Part shown: positions 11,162-22,378 of the stretch, in pieces
Numbering within the stretch: the first letter of the stretch is position 1
Layout: each line of letters begins with the position of its first letter
DNA from: Candidatus Bathyarchaeota archaeon
GTDB taxonomy: Archaea > Thermoproteota > Bathyarchaeia > Bathyarchaeales > Bathycorpusculaceae
Reading direction: 5' to 3'
Assembly: GCA_963702095.1 (NCBI GenBank)
Contig: OY969706.1
Coordinates: 704,001-768,000, forward strand
Length of the DNA: 64,000 nucleotides
Notes under the pieces: generated by a model
Seen by the model: only the letters and a program-made list of their open reading frames with translations
What the model was told of the DNA's origin: nothing
The model's database searches: none
Position numbers and translations under genes: made by a program

Positions 11162-11377
11162 CAAAGAACTATTTGAACTATATGCCATAAAGTGCTAGAT
11201 TGCTGTCATGGCGAGCGCCGTTTCTTCAATAGCCAAATTTTTACGATTTATTTTAAATGAAGAAGCAATGATATGCTCGATATTTTGAGGGTGATTTTAA
11301 GTTATTTCCTATCTGATCAGCCAAATTAGACCAAAGCTGTTAAATGTTAAAACAATTAATTACTAAAACGAGATTAA

Positions 11378-11692
11378 ATGAAAATCAAGAAAAAATATCA
11401 AATGCTGCTGCTTAGCTTTATTATAGCAATAGTGATCTGGGTAACTTCGATTTTATCTATGTTTTCAGTACAAATGTTCCTCATATCTCAAGATGCCACT
11501 CACGTCGTCTGGAGTTTCTTGATAAATGTGATGACTATCTTAGTAATGATGGTCCTCATATGGTTCGGTATAGAGAAAATACCCATTTTTAGGAGGGCTG
11601 TAGCACAAGTATTTAGTTTAGAGGAGGAAAATAAACCTAATAAGAAAACCCCGGCTAAAAAGCCAGCGCAGTACCCTCAGAAATCAGATTAA
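11378..11692 (+). CDS. Small two-TM membrane protein
   Basis: Two hydrophobic segments and a charged tail; ATG start. Confidence 0.65.
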   Translation: MKIKKKYQMLLLSFIIAIVIWVTSILSMFSVQMFLISQDATHVVWSFLINVMTILVMMVLIWFGIEKIPIFRRAVAQVFSLEEENKPNKKTPAKKPAQYPQKSD

Positions 11693-11829
11693 TAGCCTAT
11701 TAAATTTTTAATGTTCACGTAATTCTAATAATTCTCGTGCATAATAGAAAGATTTAGAATGAATAAAACACAAAACAGCGCCCTTTATCAAGCAGGTTTG
11801 TATTTGATTGGTTTACTAAAGAGCGTTGA

Positions 11830-12310
11830 TTTGCTTTTTTAAGGTTCCAACCGCTGAGGTCGACTTCAGAATCTTTCTTCTTTTCTTTTTCTTTACACGG
11901 ACCTTTTTTTCTGAGCACTAATACTGCAACTACTAACCCTATGATTACAGCTATGATGATGCCTCCAATTATGCCAATAGGCAGGTTAGGGTCCGTTTCA
12001 GTTGTATATTGGGGTGGCTCCGTACCGTGTGCACGCCACTCGACATAGGATTCGGTTTTATAGTAGAGCCAGTAGAGGACGACAGCGTTGGAATTGGATT
12101 ATTCGTTTCCGTGGAAGTAGTGCCACTTGTTGGACTAGATGCAGTAGTGGTTGGGGCCGATGACGTCCATGTGTTTACATTGGTGCTTCGTGATTGTTTC
12201 AGTGAAGGTTCGGTTTCTGAACCGATTGTGTCGATGCTTAAGTAATATGATGAGACAGCCATGCCTCTAGCTTTGTCAAAGTAAACGTCTGTTTTATCAT
12301 AATGACCTTC
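11830..12310 (-). pseudogene. 5'-truncated, frameshifted paralog of 32110..33018
   Basis: TDVYFDKARGMAV versus VEVYFDKAKGIAV; Thr/Ser linker; TM anchor PIGIIGGIIIAVIIGLVVAVLVLRKK in another frame. Confidence 0.7.
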
Positions 12311-12374
12311 TGGTGGGCTCCTTATAGGAAATTGGAAGCTAGAGTTCCGCACCATAAACGATCGCTTTGGATAT

Positions 12375-13960
12375 CAAACAGCACTGCTAATGCTTTCTAA
12401 TATCGTAATCGCTATGTAGGTTTACATGTTAATATGGCGGAATCGTAATAGTATAATTCGTTTATTAGAAGGAGAGGGCTTGCAAATGGGTAAAGATAGC
12501 TTTACTTTTAAGAAAGGCTTTCGCCAAACAATAGGTCTTATTATAGTACTGTTTATTGCTTCATGTGTCGCCAATGCAGGAGTTGTCTGTGACGACACAA
12601 ATTATAACAGTATAGAACCATTAGCCGAGTCATTGCCTGGCTTTAATATTATTTTAGAGAACGCTACCCAAATTGTTGCTGGTGAGCCTTTTAACATTCA
12701 AGTGGAGGCCCTTGATGAGCTTGGCAGTACTGAAGCAGATTATGTGGGCACAGTGAGTTTTACGTCTTCAGATATTAAAACGGATGGTTTACCTAATGAT
12801 TATACTTTTCAACCAGAAGATTTAGGCTTAAAATCATTTGAGATTCTATTAAAAACAGCTGGTATTCAGACAATTACAGTGACTGACGGTTCTATGGAAG
12901 AGGAAAGCCCCTTCTAACAGTATTTGCTGCACCTTTGGATTATATTACTTGCTCAATCTCCCCCATCACGGTAACCGCTGGGGCGCAAACGACTGCCACC
13001 GCTATAGGATATGATGTCTATGACAATAGTCTCGGCGCAGTAAGCGCCGTTTGGAGTGTTGAAAGTGGTGCGGGTGGAAGTTGGTCAAGCAATGTTTACA
13101 CATGTCAAACATCGGGCATTTGGACTATAACCGCAATATACTCAGAAAAAAGCTCGACATGCCCGCTAACTGTGAATACCGCTCCCTTATCTTCTCTATC
13201 CGTATCTTTATCTTCATCCAACATTGTCGCTGGTGATCCTGTGTCTGGGATTGCAATAGGATATGACAATCAAGGTAATAGTTTAGGTCCTCAAACTTCA
13301 TTTTGGTCTATTCAAAGCGGGGCGGGCGGTTCATGGATTGGAAACGTTTATGCCTCAAAATACTCTGGCGGTTGGACAGTAACAGCCGCATATAACGGTA
13401 AAACCGATACTACAACCTTGACAGTTGACCCCGCGCCAACTCCAACTGCGACTCCAACATCTAATCCGACGACATCTCCAACTCAGACCCCAACATCTAC
13501 ACAAACACCTATCGCAACTGCTACACCCGCACCGACCACTTCCCAGACTCCTGCCCCCACTGTTCCGCCATCAATTAGTCCAACCTCGACAACTGTACAT
13601 GTAACTACAAGCACTGGACAAGGTGTTGATTTAGTAATCAGCGGAAACATCACCGCCACACAAATATCCAGCCTAATCATCAAAAACGAAGTCGACACTA
13701 AAACAACACTCTCATTCATATTAACCGGAGAAAGCGGGACCACTGGCTTTGCAAATTTTGTCATCCCCAAAACCGCAATTCCCTACGGCGTTGAGCCTAC
13801 CGTTCTCGTTAGTGGTGAGCCTGCTCAGAATCAAGGCTACACTCAAGATGGCCAAAACTTCTACGTCTGGTTTACTACCCATTTTAGCACGCATCAAGTT
13901 GAAATATCGTTTACTAGCGAAAAAGCTGGTTTAGAGGTGTATTCTCTTTGGATTGTGCTC
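12375..13960 (+). repeat. Inverted segmental duplication of about 25900..28755, including roughly 110 bp of upstream DNA
   Basis: Reverse-complement match, e.g. gtaggtttacatgttaatatg upstream of both genes; 13223..13386 is identical to 27743..27906. Confidence 0.9.
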
Positions 13961-14047
13961 GCATTTGTAGCCATTTTAGCTGTTGTTTTACTTAGTTTGT
14001 TCTTTATTAATTCGAAGGGCAAATCCGACCACAAGGTCGATTTTTAG
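12486..14047 (+). CDS. Membrane-anchored Ig-like repeat surface protein, short copy (2 repeats); frameshift near 12912
   Basis: Inverted paralog of 25810..28644; agccccttctaaca is one base short relative to agctcgcctctaaca; PT linker, VWFTTHFSTH domain and C-terminal TM. Confidence 0.8.
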
Positions 14048-14303
14048 ATAATTTTTAGCGCGCGATAACTTAAGGTCACCTATTGGATGTGAGCGAATAC
14101 TGGAAGCCCAGCAATACGATGAAACAATAATATAAGCGCTAACACCTGTGCCATTATCCTCGTCCACTGTAGCTTTTCGCGTCCCGTTTAACATATTACT
14201 CTCTTATTGATACTCTCCATAGATAAAGAGGCGCTAAAATTCTTAATACTTTAATAGTACAAACGAAAATATATTGAAATTGTATAAGTAAGCGATAAGA
14301 TGG

Positions 14304-15150
14304 TTGATTAACGTGAGAAAGAAAATAGTATCTTTTTTGGCAATACTAGTGTTAATTAGTTTGTGCACTGTATTTTTCTACGAAAGCCACCCTGCTGATG
14401 CCAGAATATATTGGGGAAGATATCCGGTATCTACTCCTCATCCAACAGCTACTCCAACACCTAAGCCCACAGCAATACCGACTCCTACACCAACACCTAG
14501 TCCTACTCCAACCCCTACGGCAAGTCCAAATCCGAATTCAATATTTAGTAATGGATTTGAAACAGACTTTAGCGGGTGGTCGGGATCACATGTTTCTCCA
14601 ACTATAACAACATCGCATGTTTATCAAGGCGCAAAAGCAGCCCAGTTCGACGCTTTCGGTGAATACATATACAAGACAATCTCGGCCTTCAGAAATTTAT
14701 GTTAAGCAGTATGTTCAATGGAATAATCTACCTAATAATGCCTATTTTATATTTACAAAAATAGATAACTTTAAGGATCCGAGAATTATCGCTGGAGCAT
14801 ACATCTATCAACACGACGGAATATTAAGCTGGGGAATGGAACAGAATAACGGTGCCAACTACGTTAACAGTGCCTTGGCAACAGGAGCAAAACCTAACAC
14901 TTGGTACTGTATAGAACTGTACGTCAAATGCAGCACAGGTGCAGGACACTACGATGGAGCCACGAAAATGTGGATTACAGATTTATCCACAGGAGTTACA
15001 ACCGAACTCAAAGACATAGCACAATCTAACCTCAATACTGGTTCTACTACAGTAGTAGACACAATAGTTGAAGGACAGATGGAACCGTCGTATACCGTTA
15101 TAAACTACATCGACAACGTTGTTATCAGTCGCAGCTATATTGGTGCATAA
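14304..15150 (+). CDS. Secreted PT-linker plus beta-sandwich (polysaccharide-lyase/ConA-like) protein; frameshift near 14685
   Basis: Signal peptide, PTPTP linker, IFSNGFE..F.GW, then WYCIELYVK...DG...MW...YIDNVVIS in the next frame. Confidence 0.65.
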
Positions 15151-15476
15151 GCAAATGTGAATGGTGGGGGATTTAACCTTACCATTAGCACTTGTTATCC
15201 CCCCCCTTTATAACTGGATATTGCTCATTCAAGGCAAGTCTAGATCTTTCTGGGGTACAAAACAGCTTTGCCGCAATATTGGCAGGTTATCTGACCAGAT
15301 TTTTCTTAGCGTTCCACAATATTCTGCTTAGAGTGACGGTTAGGTTGTGTGGAGCCAGCCTCGTCCGCTTTTCTTTGGTTGCTGCTTTTTCCTTTCTAAC
15401 TCCGCCTCTCTTTGAAGCTTAGCTGCAAGATGTTGGCTTCTTGGCGTATATGGGATTATTTCTTTGTTAGCGACCG

Positions 15477-16201
15477 GGACTGAGAAGCTTTGATTTGCGG
15501 ATGCCTGAGGAACATAATCGCCGTCTAACTGACCATATCTCAAATTACCTTTTCGCACCTACAACACGTTCAATTTCTATTTTACGAAAAGAAAAAGTTT
15601 GGGTAAAAATTTACCTTACAGGTAACACATCTAAGGCGCTGTAAAAGACCATATGCCCATAGCTGAAAAGAAATCAAAATTATGGAACAAATTCCCTCAA
15701 GACCTTTGCGTTGGCACCGCTCATCGTGCAGAGAATGTAATAATTTTATGTCTGAATTCTTTTATGGATGTTTTCTAGAATTCGTCGTTCCCCATCGTTT
15801 ACCCCATGCATCCACGGACAAGGAAGCGACTGCAAGAAAACAGCATGCTGGCCAAAATGGAAGCGCTAAAGAATTTGCTGATCCTGCCACCACTGGGATA
15901 CCTCGACTTTTTGATGCTGGGGCGGAACTGCAAGCTGATACTCACTGATTCAGGTGGCATTCAAGAAGAAGCCACTGCACCGACCATTTGCAAACGTGCA
16001 CTAGTAATTCATCTCTCAACTGAGCGGCAGGAAGCAGTAGAAACTGGTTTCGCTACAGTCGTTGGTACAGACAAAAATCAAATTCTATTTGCATTAAAGG
16101 AAGTTCTCGAGGAAAAAATGTTTTTACCTTCAATTTCACCATTTTGTAATGGCGCGGCAGCCGAAAAAACGGTTTTGATAATAAAGAAAGAGTTAGCTTA
16201 A
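15477..16201 (+). pseudogene. wecB: UDP-N-acetylglucosamine 2-epimerase remnant, 5'-truncated with multiple frameshifts
   Basis: GLRSFDLRMPEEHNRRLTDH, LFAPT, TGNT, HRAENV, PMHPRT, LTDSGGIQEEA and TERQE motifs across frames. Confidence 0.85.
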
Positions 16202-16408
16202 GAAATGGTAGTTTTCCCGTCTGATACTGTCTTTATAGCATCCGTCACGACATATCAAATAATGGTACATCGCTAAATGTGGTTCTTGAGTATTCTTTGG
16301 GATCACTTGCGACCTTGGCTGTTTGTTTTGCAAGGTCTGCCATACCAAAAAACCTGGGCTCTCCTCGTGGAGTTTCTTTCATTTTAGCGACGCCTTATGC
16401 TTACTCCT

Positions 16409-17047
16409 TTATTTTTTTATGGGCGGAACATTTTGTTTATCATATGATAAGCGCCATTTTAGCCAGATGATTATTGAGTAAGCAAATATTGCTATGTAAA
16501 ATAGGCTTGGGATTGCGAGGAGTATTGGTAGTGCTGATTCCTGGCCTCGTCCAAGCGATAGTAATGGTACTAGGGTTGCTCCTAGGGGTATTATGAGTGC
16601 CCAGTTTCTGTTGTTGGGTTTTAAAAGAGTTTGTAAGTCGCCTAGCTTGTACATGATTGGTGTTGTTATTAGGAATAGTGTGAGTTCTGTTAGTGCAATG
16701 GGTAGGCTGGTTACTAGAACGTTAATTAATCCATACCAGTTCTGTGTCAGCGGCCAGAAAAGTTCGATTCCGCCAGCGAACAAGTCACCTATGAGTATGT
16801 GGGAGAGGAGGGCAGCATAGTAAGGGAGGGATTGTTTGCGGTAGACGATAAAGAAAGGCGCCATCAACGCTGTTATTACTATCAATGAGTGCGTGGGTCC
16901 CCGATGCATTAAAAAGCGCAGTAGTAAGTCGATATCGGGGAGTACCGAGGCCATAAGCAGTAGGGGCAGATTTATTTTTACGTGGGCAAGCTTTGCTGTG
17001 CTTTTTCCAAATATGTAACCTAGGGCAAAGTCGCCAATCGCAAACGT
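16409..17047 (-). CDS. YdjM-like membrane-bound metal-dependent hydrolase; natural start position reads ACG
   Basis: SVLPDID, HRGPTHS and LSHILIGD motifs; frame open upstream to (T)FAIGDFALGY. Confidence 0.75.
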   Translation of the reverse strand, partial: TFAIGDFALGYIFGKSTAKLAHVKINLPLLLMASVLPDIDLLLRFLMHRGPTHSLIVITALMAPFFIVYRKQSLPYYAALLSHILIGDLFAGGIELFWPLTQNWYGLINVLVTSLPIALTELTLFLITTPIMYKLGDLQTLLKPNNRNWALIIPLGATLVPLLSLGRGQESALPILLAIPSLFYIAIFAYSIIIWLKWRLSYDKQNVPPIKK

Positions 17048-17404
17048 ATAGTAAGCCTCATATTTGCCATAGATAGCGAAGAATGCCTATTAAAACAAAC
17101 CTTTTTGGCTTCTGTTACCTCTTCGTTTGCTCCTATACAGTTCTGTATTTGGAAAAGTAATTATGGAACAGTTATACTTTGATTATAGCGGTTAGGGGCT
17201 ACACCTATTCATCCTCATGTTGGTCACCACTTATCCTTCAAACATAGAGGAAAAGCCCCTAACCCTTAAAGTCGAAAAGCCAGCCCCCCTGCAATCATCG
17301 CGGTTCCATTAACTCTTCGGTAGGTATCACCCGATCTATCGCATGGAGAAAAATTTTCTTCTGAGCCTATAATTTTATATTTTAAAAGTTAGCTTGAAAC
17401 AAAT

Positions 17405-17710
17405 ATGAATAACAAAGCCTTCTTACTCTTTGATAAGTTGCATCTAAGGGAATGGTATAAATTTTTACTTTATGTCGGAGTGATTTTGCTGGTTCTTGGA
17501 ATAGTTTTTGGGACAAGATTAACTGATGCTGATATAATCGGTTTTTCGCTATGGACAATTCCGTTAATGATAGTTTTGTGGATTTATGATGATGTAACGT
17601 ATTCATTTGTAAAGGTTCGCAACCGCCCGATTTTTATTAAATCACGTCGCGTTCTTCACTTGATTTTCTTGTTAATCTGGATCTTTGCAACTCTACTTAC
17701 TCTGTTATAA
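17405..17710 (+). CDS. Small three-TM membrane protein
   Basis: ATG start, three hydrophobic segments. Confidence 0.6.
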   Translation: MNNKAFLLFDKLHLREWYKFLLYVGVILLVLGIVFGTRLTDADIIGFSLWTIPLMIVLWIYDDVTYSFVKVRNRPIFIKSRRVLHLIFLLIWIFATLLTLL

Positions 17711-18070
17711 GCAGAAAGTAAGTTGCCGCTTAGAAATTAGCATAAACTGCCTAAAAAATCCCGTATCGGCAAAACTGATTAAAAATTCTCCATTAACTCT
17801 CTTACTCAATCTCAAGACTAACCCCTCGGGCATAGAGTCAAAAGCATTCTTAATCAAGTTTGTAAATACTCTCTGCATTCTATTATGATCTAAAAGGGCG
17901 CTATCGGAATTTTTTACTTGCTCCTTTGCCCTTACCTTCTTGGGCATTTTCAGCGTCAACAAGATATAGTCGATGATCGCCTTCGGAGAAACGTATTCCT
18001 TCTGCAAACGTATATTACCACTAAAATCGAGTAAATCAGCAATAATCCTATCAGCATACTGAATGGATTC
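17705..18070 (-). pseudogene. Histidine kinase HATPase_c fragment
   Basis: LD..RMQRVFTNLIKNAFDSMPEG (N box) and ISFADTG (G1 box); truncated and degenerate. Confidence 0.75.
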
Positions 18071-18557
18071 TATCGATCACACCTAACATGTGTTTAAGCT
18101 ATCATCATGCGGCGGCACACTTAATTTGCATTATCGTCAATAGAAAGGTGAGACGCCTTTAATTATCTAATAATTTGGTATTACTTGATTCCTTCTTCTA
18201 AACAAATCGCAAAAAATGAGAATTTGTACTTGAAAATAAATGATTTTCAAAAGGCTAAAATACTTGAGTTACCCTTCTCAAAGCAGGAGAGCGGGGTTTT
18301 AGATCGTGAAAAAGATATCAAAAAAGTGGCGCTTGCTTATTTTGCCACTTATTGTGGTTATTTGGATTTTGGGAGTGTTCTTCAACTTCGGTCAGTAGCT
18401 TAAATGAAAAGCTACTAATACGAAGCGAAGTAGAATATAGTGGTAATAAGGCAATTCTAAACGCCTACAACAGTTAGCCCAAAAGGATACTATTGCCTGT
18501 TGAGGCTTTCTTGCTCTCTTCTGGTTTTTTTGTTCCTTACTCAAGATTTCTCCTTAT

Positions 18558-18749
18558 CTATGGAGGAAAATCAACCGTGTAACATATTTCACGTAGCTTA
18601 GAAGAAAGGTGTTCTTGACATATACCTTGGATTCTCTTTTTTAAAACCATATCTTCACAATTATCTATCAAGTAAAGATAGCATTCATAAATTTTACACA
18701 TTCTTTCTATTGAATTCTTAATTTCCTTCTCTGTTGGCGACTTCATCAT
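18558..18749 (-). CDS. Small hypothetical protein
   Basis: ATG preceded by aaggg; TATA-like tttaaa upstream. Confidence 0.45.
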   Translation of the reverse strand: MMKSPTEKEIKNSIERMCKIYECYLYLIDNCEDMVLKKRIQGICQEHLSSKLREICYTVDFPP

Positions 18750-18872
18750 TTTTCCCTTTATTCAGGAGCGATTTAAATAGCAAGCGCTGTTTTGCGCTAT
18801 ATTCATTTTATGCCTTTCTATAAGGGCCTTGATTTTATTTGGCAACAAGTTCCTTACCGCAGAGCTGGCATT

Positions 18873-19241
18873 CTATTTTGCGGTGATTAGGGGTGGAACT
18901 TGGAATTTCATGGTGATTTCTGGATTTATTCTCTGGCAGATCAATAGTAGCGAGTTTTGGGTTGCATTTAGGAGTTCTTTTCCTTGTTTTGTGAGTTGGT
19001 AGATTTTGCGTGGTCTCTCTGAAGTCATGTTCCAGGCGCTTTGGACTACTCCTTTCTTCTCTAATAGTCCAAGCAGGGGATAGATGGTGCTGGGTCCGAA
19101 GTAGACGCCGAAGTCTTTGCGGATGCTTGTGATTAATTGGTAGCCGTGCATGCCTTGCTTTTCTAGGTGTTGGAGTATTATCATGTCTAGGAGGCCTTTG
19201 GCGAGTTTTGTTTGTGCTTCTTTTTGGTTTTTTGCGTTCAT
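18873..19241 (-). CDS. PadR family transcriptional regulator
   Basis: KGLLDMIIL, MHGYQL, STIYPLLGLLEKKG and RKIYQLTKQG motifs. Confidence 0.92.
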   Translation of the reverse strand: MNAKNQKEAQTKLAKGLLDMIILQHLEKQGMHGYQLITSIRKDFGVYFGPSTIYPLLGLLEKKGVVQSAWNMTSERPRKIYQLTKQGKELLNATQNSLLLICQRINPEITMKFQVPPLITAK

Positions 19242-19630
19242 TTCCCATCACGTCTTATGTCTTATCTATCAATATTAGTGTAGATAAAGGCTTGCACATA
19301 ACCTAAGCATATCGAAACAAGATTTGTCCAACATAAACACACAAAAGACCATGTAAAATTAGGCAAAATCAATATTTTTAATCAAGAAAAATGTAAAAAC
19401 CAAACTGTACAGCACATAGACAACAAAAATGGACCACATTTATTGATAATCAAAGAATCACCTACTGCATCGTTGGCATGGCTTATCATCGAAAACATTC
19501 AAAAGAATATCAGTAAAATGCAAAGTCCTCTGATCAGATTCTATAGAAATATTACCGTTTTAGGAATGTCTCTTAATTAGCTTACAAGATAAGGAATGCT
19601 GCAAAAGGAAGCAATAGTAGAAGGTGCCCA

Positions 19631-19753
19631 TTGGTGATATGTGATTGGTGTGGAAAAAAGATTGTTATAGAGCCAAGACGTAGGACATTTTATCAGTTAC
19701 AGAATTATGTTAATAAACCGATAGTCTGCAAGGATTGTCATAAACAGTTTTAG
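19631..19753 (+). CDS. 40-aa zinc-ribbon microprotein (not in ORF track)
   Basis: MVICDWCGKKIVIEPRRRTFYQLQNYVNKPIVCKDCHKQF; two CxxC motifs; aaggtg SD. Confidence 0.6.
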   Translation: MVICDWCGKKIVIEPRRRTFYQLQNYVNKPIVCKDCHKQF

Positions 19754-20493
19754 AGAGAACAAAGTAGTTGTATGTACCTTTAGGCTGTCATAAAAATAGT
19801 TTGGTTATTGGTTAAGTAACCCTTGAAAATGGCAATCATGTAGAAAAAAATACCTTGTCGCCGCCAGTTAATGGATGATTTCTGGTTGTTACCCTCCCAT
19901 GAGGGATGCATGCAATATTTTGGTGTTCGAGATTTTAATAAATCGCTTGATTGGCTCTTAACCAAAAGCAGCCATAATAGCTGCCTTTTTTTACCGTCAA
20001 TCAGTATATTCATATAGAAAGTGTAAACTATTTTTTCAGCATAAAGTTCTTCCAACCAGTGTAGTATCGGTCCATCTCTTCGGTGCTGGGAATATTTCAT
20101 CTTTCGGAATATCCTTCTTAAATAGATAGAACTTTATATTATGTTTGGAGAAAGGAGAACTTCTCACAAGGGGATAATCTTGATTAGTGAACGCATCTTC
20201 AATTTGATTTTAAGAAGTAAAGATGGCGATTATGCTTTTCAGGCTCAAATACTAGCCCTCATGAAACCTAACGGCTGGTAGGCGCACACTCGGTAGCTTA
20301 TATAGAAGATATAAGAACCCTTGAATTTAGTGAACTTTAGCACAGACTCTTGCTTACCCTTAAAGTCTTTTGATGTGGCTTTAATAGCGATAAGTACGGA
20401 ATAGGAGATTTCCTAGGACACAGTTGTTAGGTGGTTTTGCACCTAAAACTGAAACTGCGTTCTTCTTAGGAGTTTACATGGAAAGGTAAGCTG

Positions 20494-20696
20494 AATATGA
20501 ATTTAGAAGTCGCAAAGGAATTATATACTGGCGTCTAATCAACAGTAATCCCCCCTAAGTGAAAGTTATGAAACAAAACAGAAAGATTGTAAAAGAAAAA
20601 ATGTCTCAAGCTCTCTGCCAAGAAATTAAGGGGCTTCCAAGGTATGTACAGGAAATTTTAATCGATGATCTAGTTACAGCATTTGAAAATAGGTGA
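20494..20696 (+). repeat. About 200-bp inverted copy of 34314..34514 containing truncated ORF 20568..20696
   Basis: Near-identical reverse complement; encodes MKQNRKIVKEKMSQALCQEIKGLPRYVQEILIDDLVTAFENR*. Confidence 0.9.
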
Positions 20697-21245
20697 GTAT
20701 AAGATTTAGCACGTGCATTTGTGAGTTAGAGAAAGATTCCCTCGTTATAAAAGATGGAAAGCTTAGCATCAAGCAATATAGAGAGGATGGTGTCGAAGCT
20801 AAAAGTAATGAAGTTGTAGCCTGCATTTTAGAAGGGCCAATGTCTGGCGGGCAGATTGATAAACTTGCAGACTACAACTTCTGCCTGCTACTACTCTGTT
20901 TATCCAACCGATAATAAGATACTATGAAGTTATAACATGAGTTATGAAACCAGCGCCCGATAATGGAAAAATGACAGATTGAAGAGCTGCCAAATTGTGA
21001 AGTAAGAGCAGAAATCAGCAACTCCTCACCGATTATAAACTAAACAAGGTAACCTAAAAACTTGCCCCAAATCCTCTTTGAACAGGCTCCCCCAGCTTTA
21101 ACCACCATTGATCCACTTCCATCGGTGATTTATCCCTCGTTCAGATGATGAAAAGTCAAGCCCACAAAAATCAAACGATTTTAGATGGCTGATAAAACAG
21201 GTAAGACTTAGATGGCTGTTGCCTAAACTGGTGATCCTAACACAT

Positions 21246-21758
21246 TCATTGAATCCTTTGAGGCGACAATATTATCTGTTCATTTAATTGGCTTTCTATA
21301 ATATCCGTATCGAACGGGGTAGGGTCTGCTTTCTCACAAATAAATTTTATATCAATGGATAGGCCGGTTACACTGTAACTTTCTAAAATGTTTTTGATGT
21401 CAGATATTGTTTCACCCACTCTATCTGCTTCGCATAAAGCAATTGCAACAACATTATGTTCTCCGAATGACCTAAAAACATACTTTACTCTGCTGTATTC
21501 CTTGAGCTTTTCTACAAGTTCATCTTGGAATTTCTGCCCAACATTTAGGGCAATACCGATGTTTTTTAGATGGAGCTTCTGATAGTTTATCGTTCCACGA
21601 GTTATGCCTATTATTACTCCGCTTTCTTCTAATAACTTGAATCTACGGTATATTGTGTTTCGTGAAGTATTGCATTCTCTGGCGAGTTCTTGATAAGATG
21701 TTATTCCCTGACTAAGCCGATTGAGTATCTGCTTATCGAGTTGGTCCAAATTGACCAT
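21246..21758 (-). CDS. Lrp/AsnC family transcriptional regulator
   Basis: LDQLDKQIL...SYQELA....SRNTIYRRFKLLEESGVI HTH; RAM domain with FGEHN. Confidence 0.9.
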   Translation of the reverse strand: MVNLDQLDKQILNRLSQGITSYQELARECNTSRNTIYRRFKLLEESGVIIGITRGTINYQKLHLKNIGIALNVGQKFQDELVEKLKEYSRVKYVFRSFGEHNVVAIALCEADRVGETISDIKNILESYSVTGLSIDIKFICEKADPTPFDTDIIESQLNEQIILSPQRIQ

Positions 21759-22087
21759 GGATTTAAATCGTCGATGATTGTATATAAAATCTTCCTGATT
21801 CAGATTTAGCATATTAACAATATTTTATTATCTTACGTTATGTTAAATGTGTGGAAATAAAATATTTAATTCGAATTGTCGTCGTTTTTCAGCGAAGGCG
21901 CGCACATTATTTTTAAAAAAAAGAGTTGACAGTGGGAGAGAACATGTGTATAAAGCTGCGTTCGAGGACAGCGTCTTCAAACTATCAAGCTATACTTGTG
22001 TCAGTTGTGGAGCACATTTCCAAACAACTGCTTAAAGGACAGATTAGGAATCCAGAAATCAGATGCTTGGTTCCGTCATCCCATGGA

Positions 22088-22160
22088 AGTTAACATTGGA
22101 GAAAACGTATCCCGCTATAGTTAACAGACAAAACCCATCTCACATAAAGTTAACAGACCC
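22088..22160. promoter_or_regulatory. Three AGTTAACA boxes at about 30-bp spacing
   Basis: AGTTAACA at 22088, 22119 and 22148, between divergent Lrp and pilin genes. Confidence 0.4.
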
Positions 22161-22378
22161 CAACCTCAAAGTCGACTTATAGCTTTTTGACGTGTAAACT
22201 GCTACTTGTTTCTGGATAAAGTTATCGTTAGTTAATTCGAGAAAAAAGTGATAATGTAAATTTTTTTAACCTTTAAATTTAATAAACATTTAAAATATTA
22301 TCTAAAATTCATAATATTTATATATTTTTTAAACAGTATCAAGTTAGCGTTGAGTGGAAGAGGTTAAGGGGCGAAAAA

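Noticed and set aside
21847-22035. 62-aa ORF ending CVSCG as a zinc finger
   Set aside because: The first CxxC would be interrupted by a stop (tgt taa atg tgt); at best a remnant
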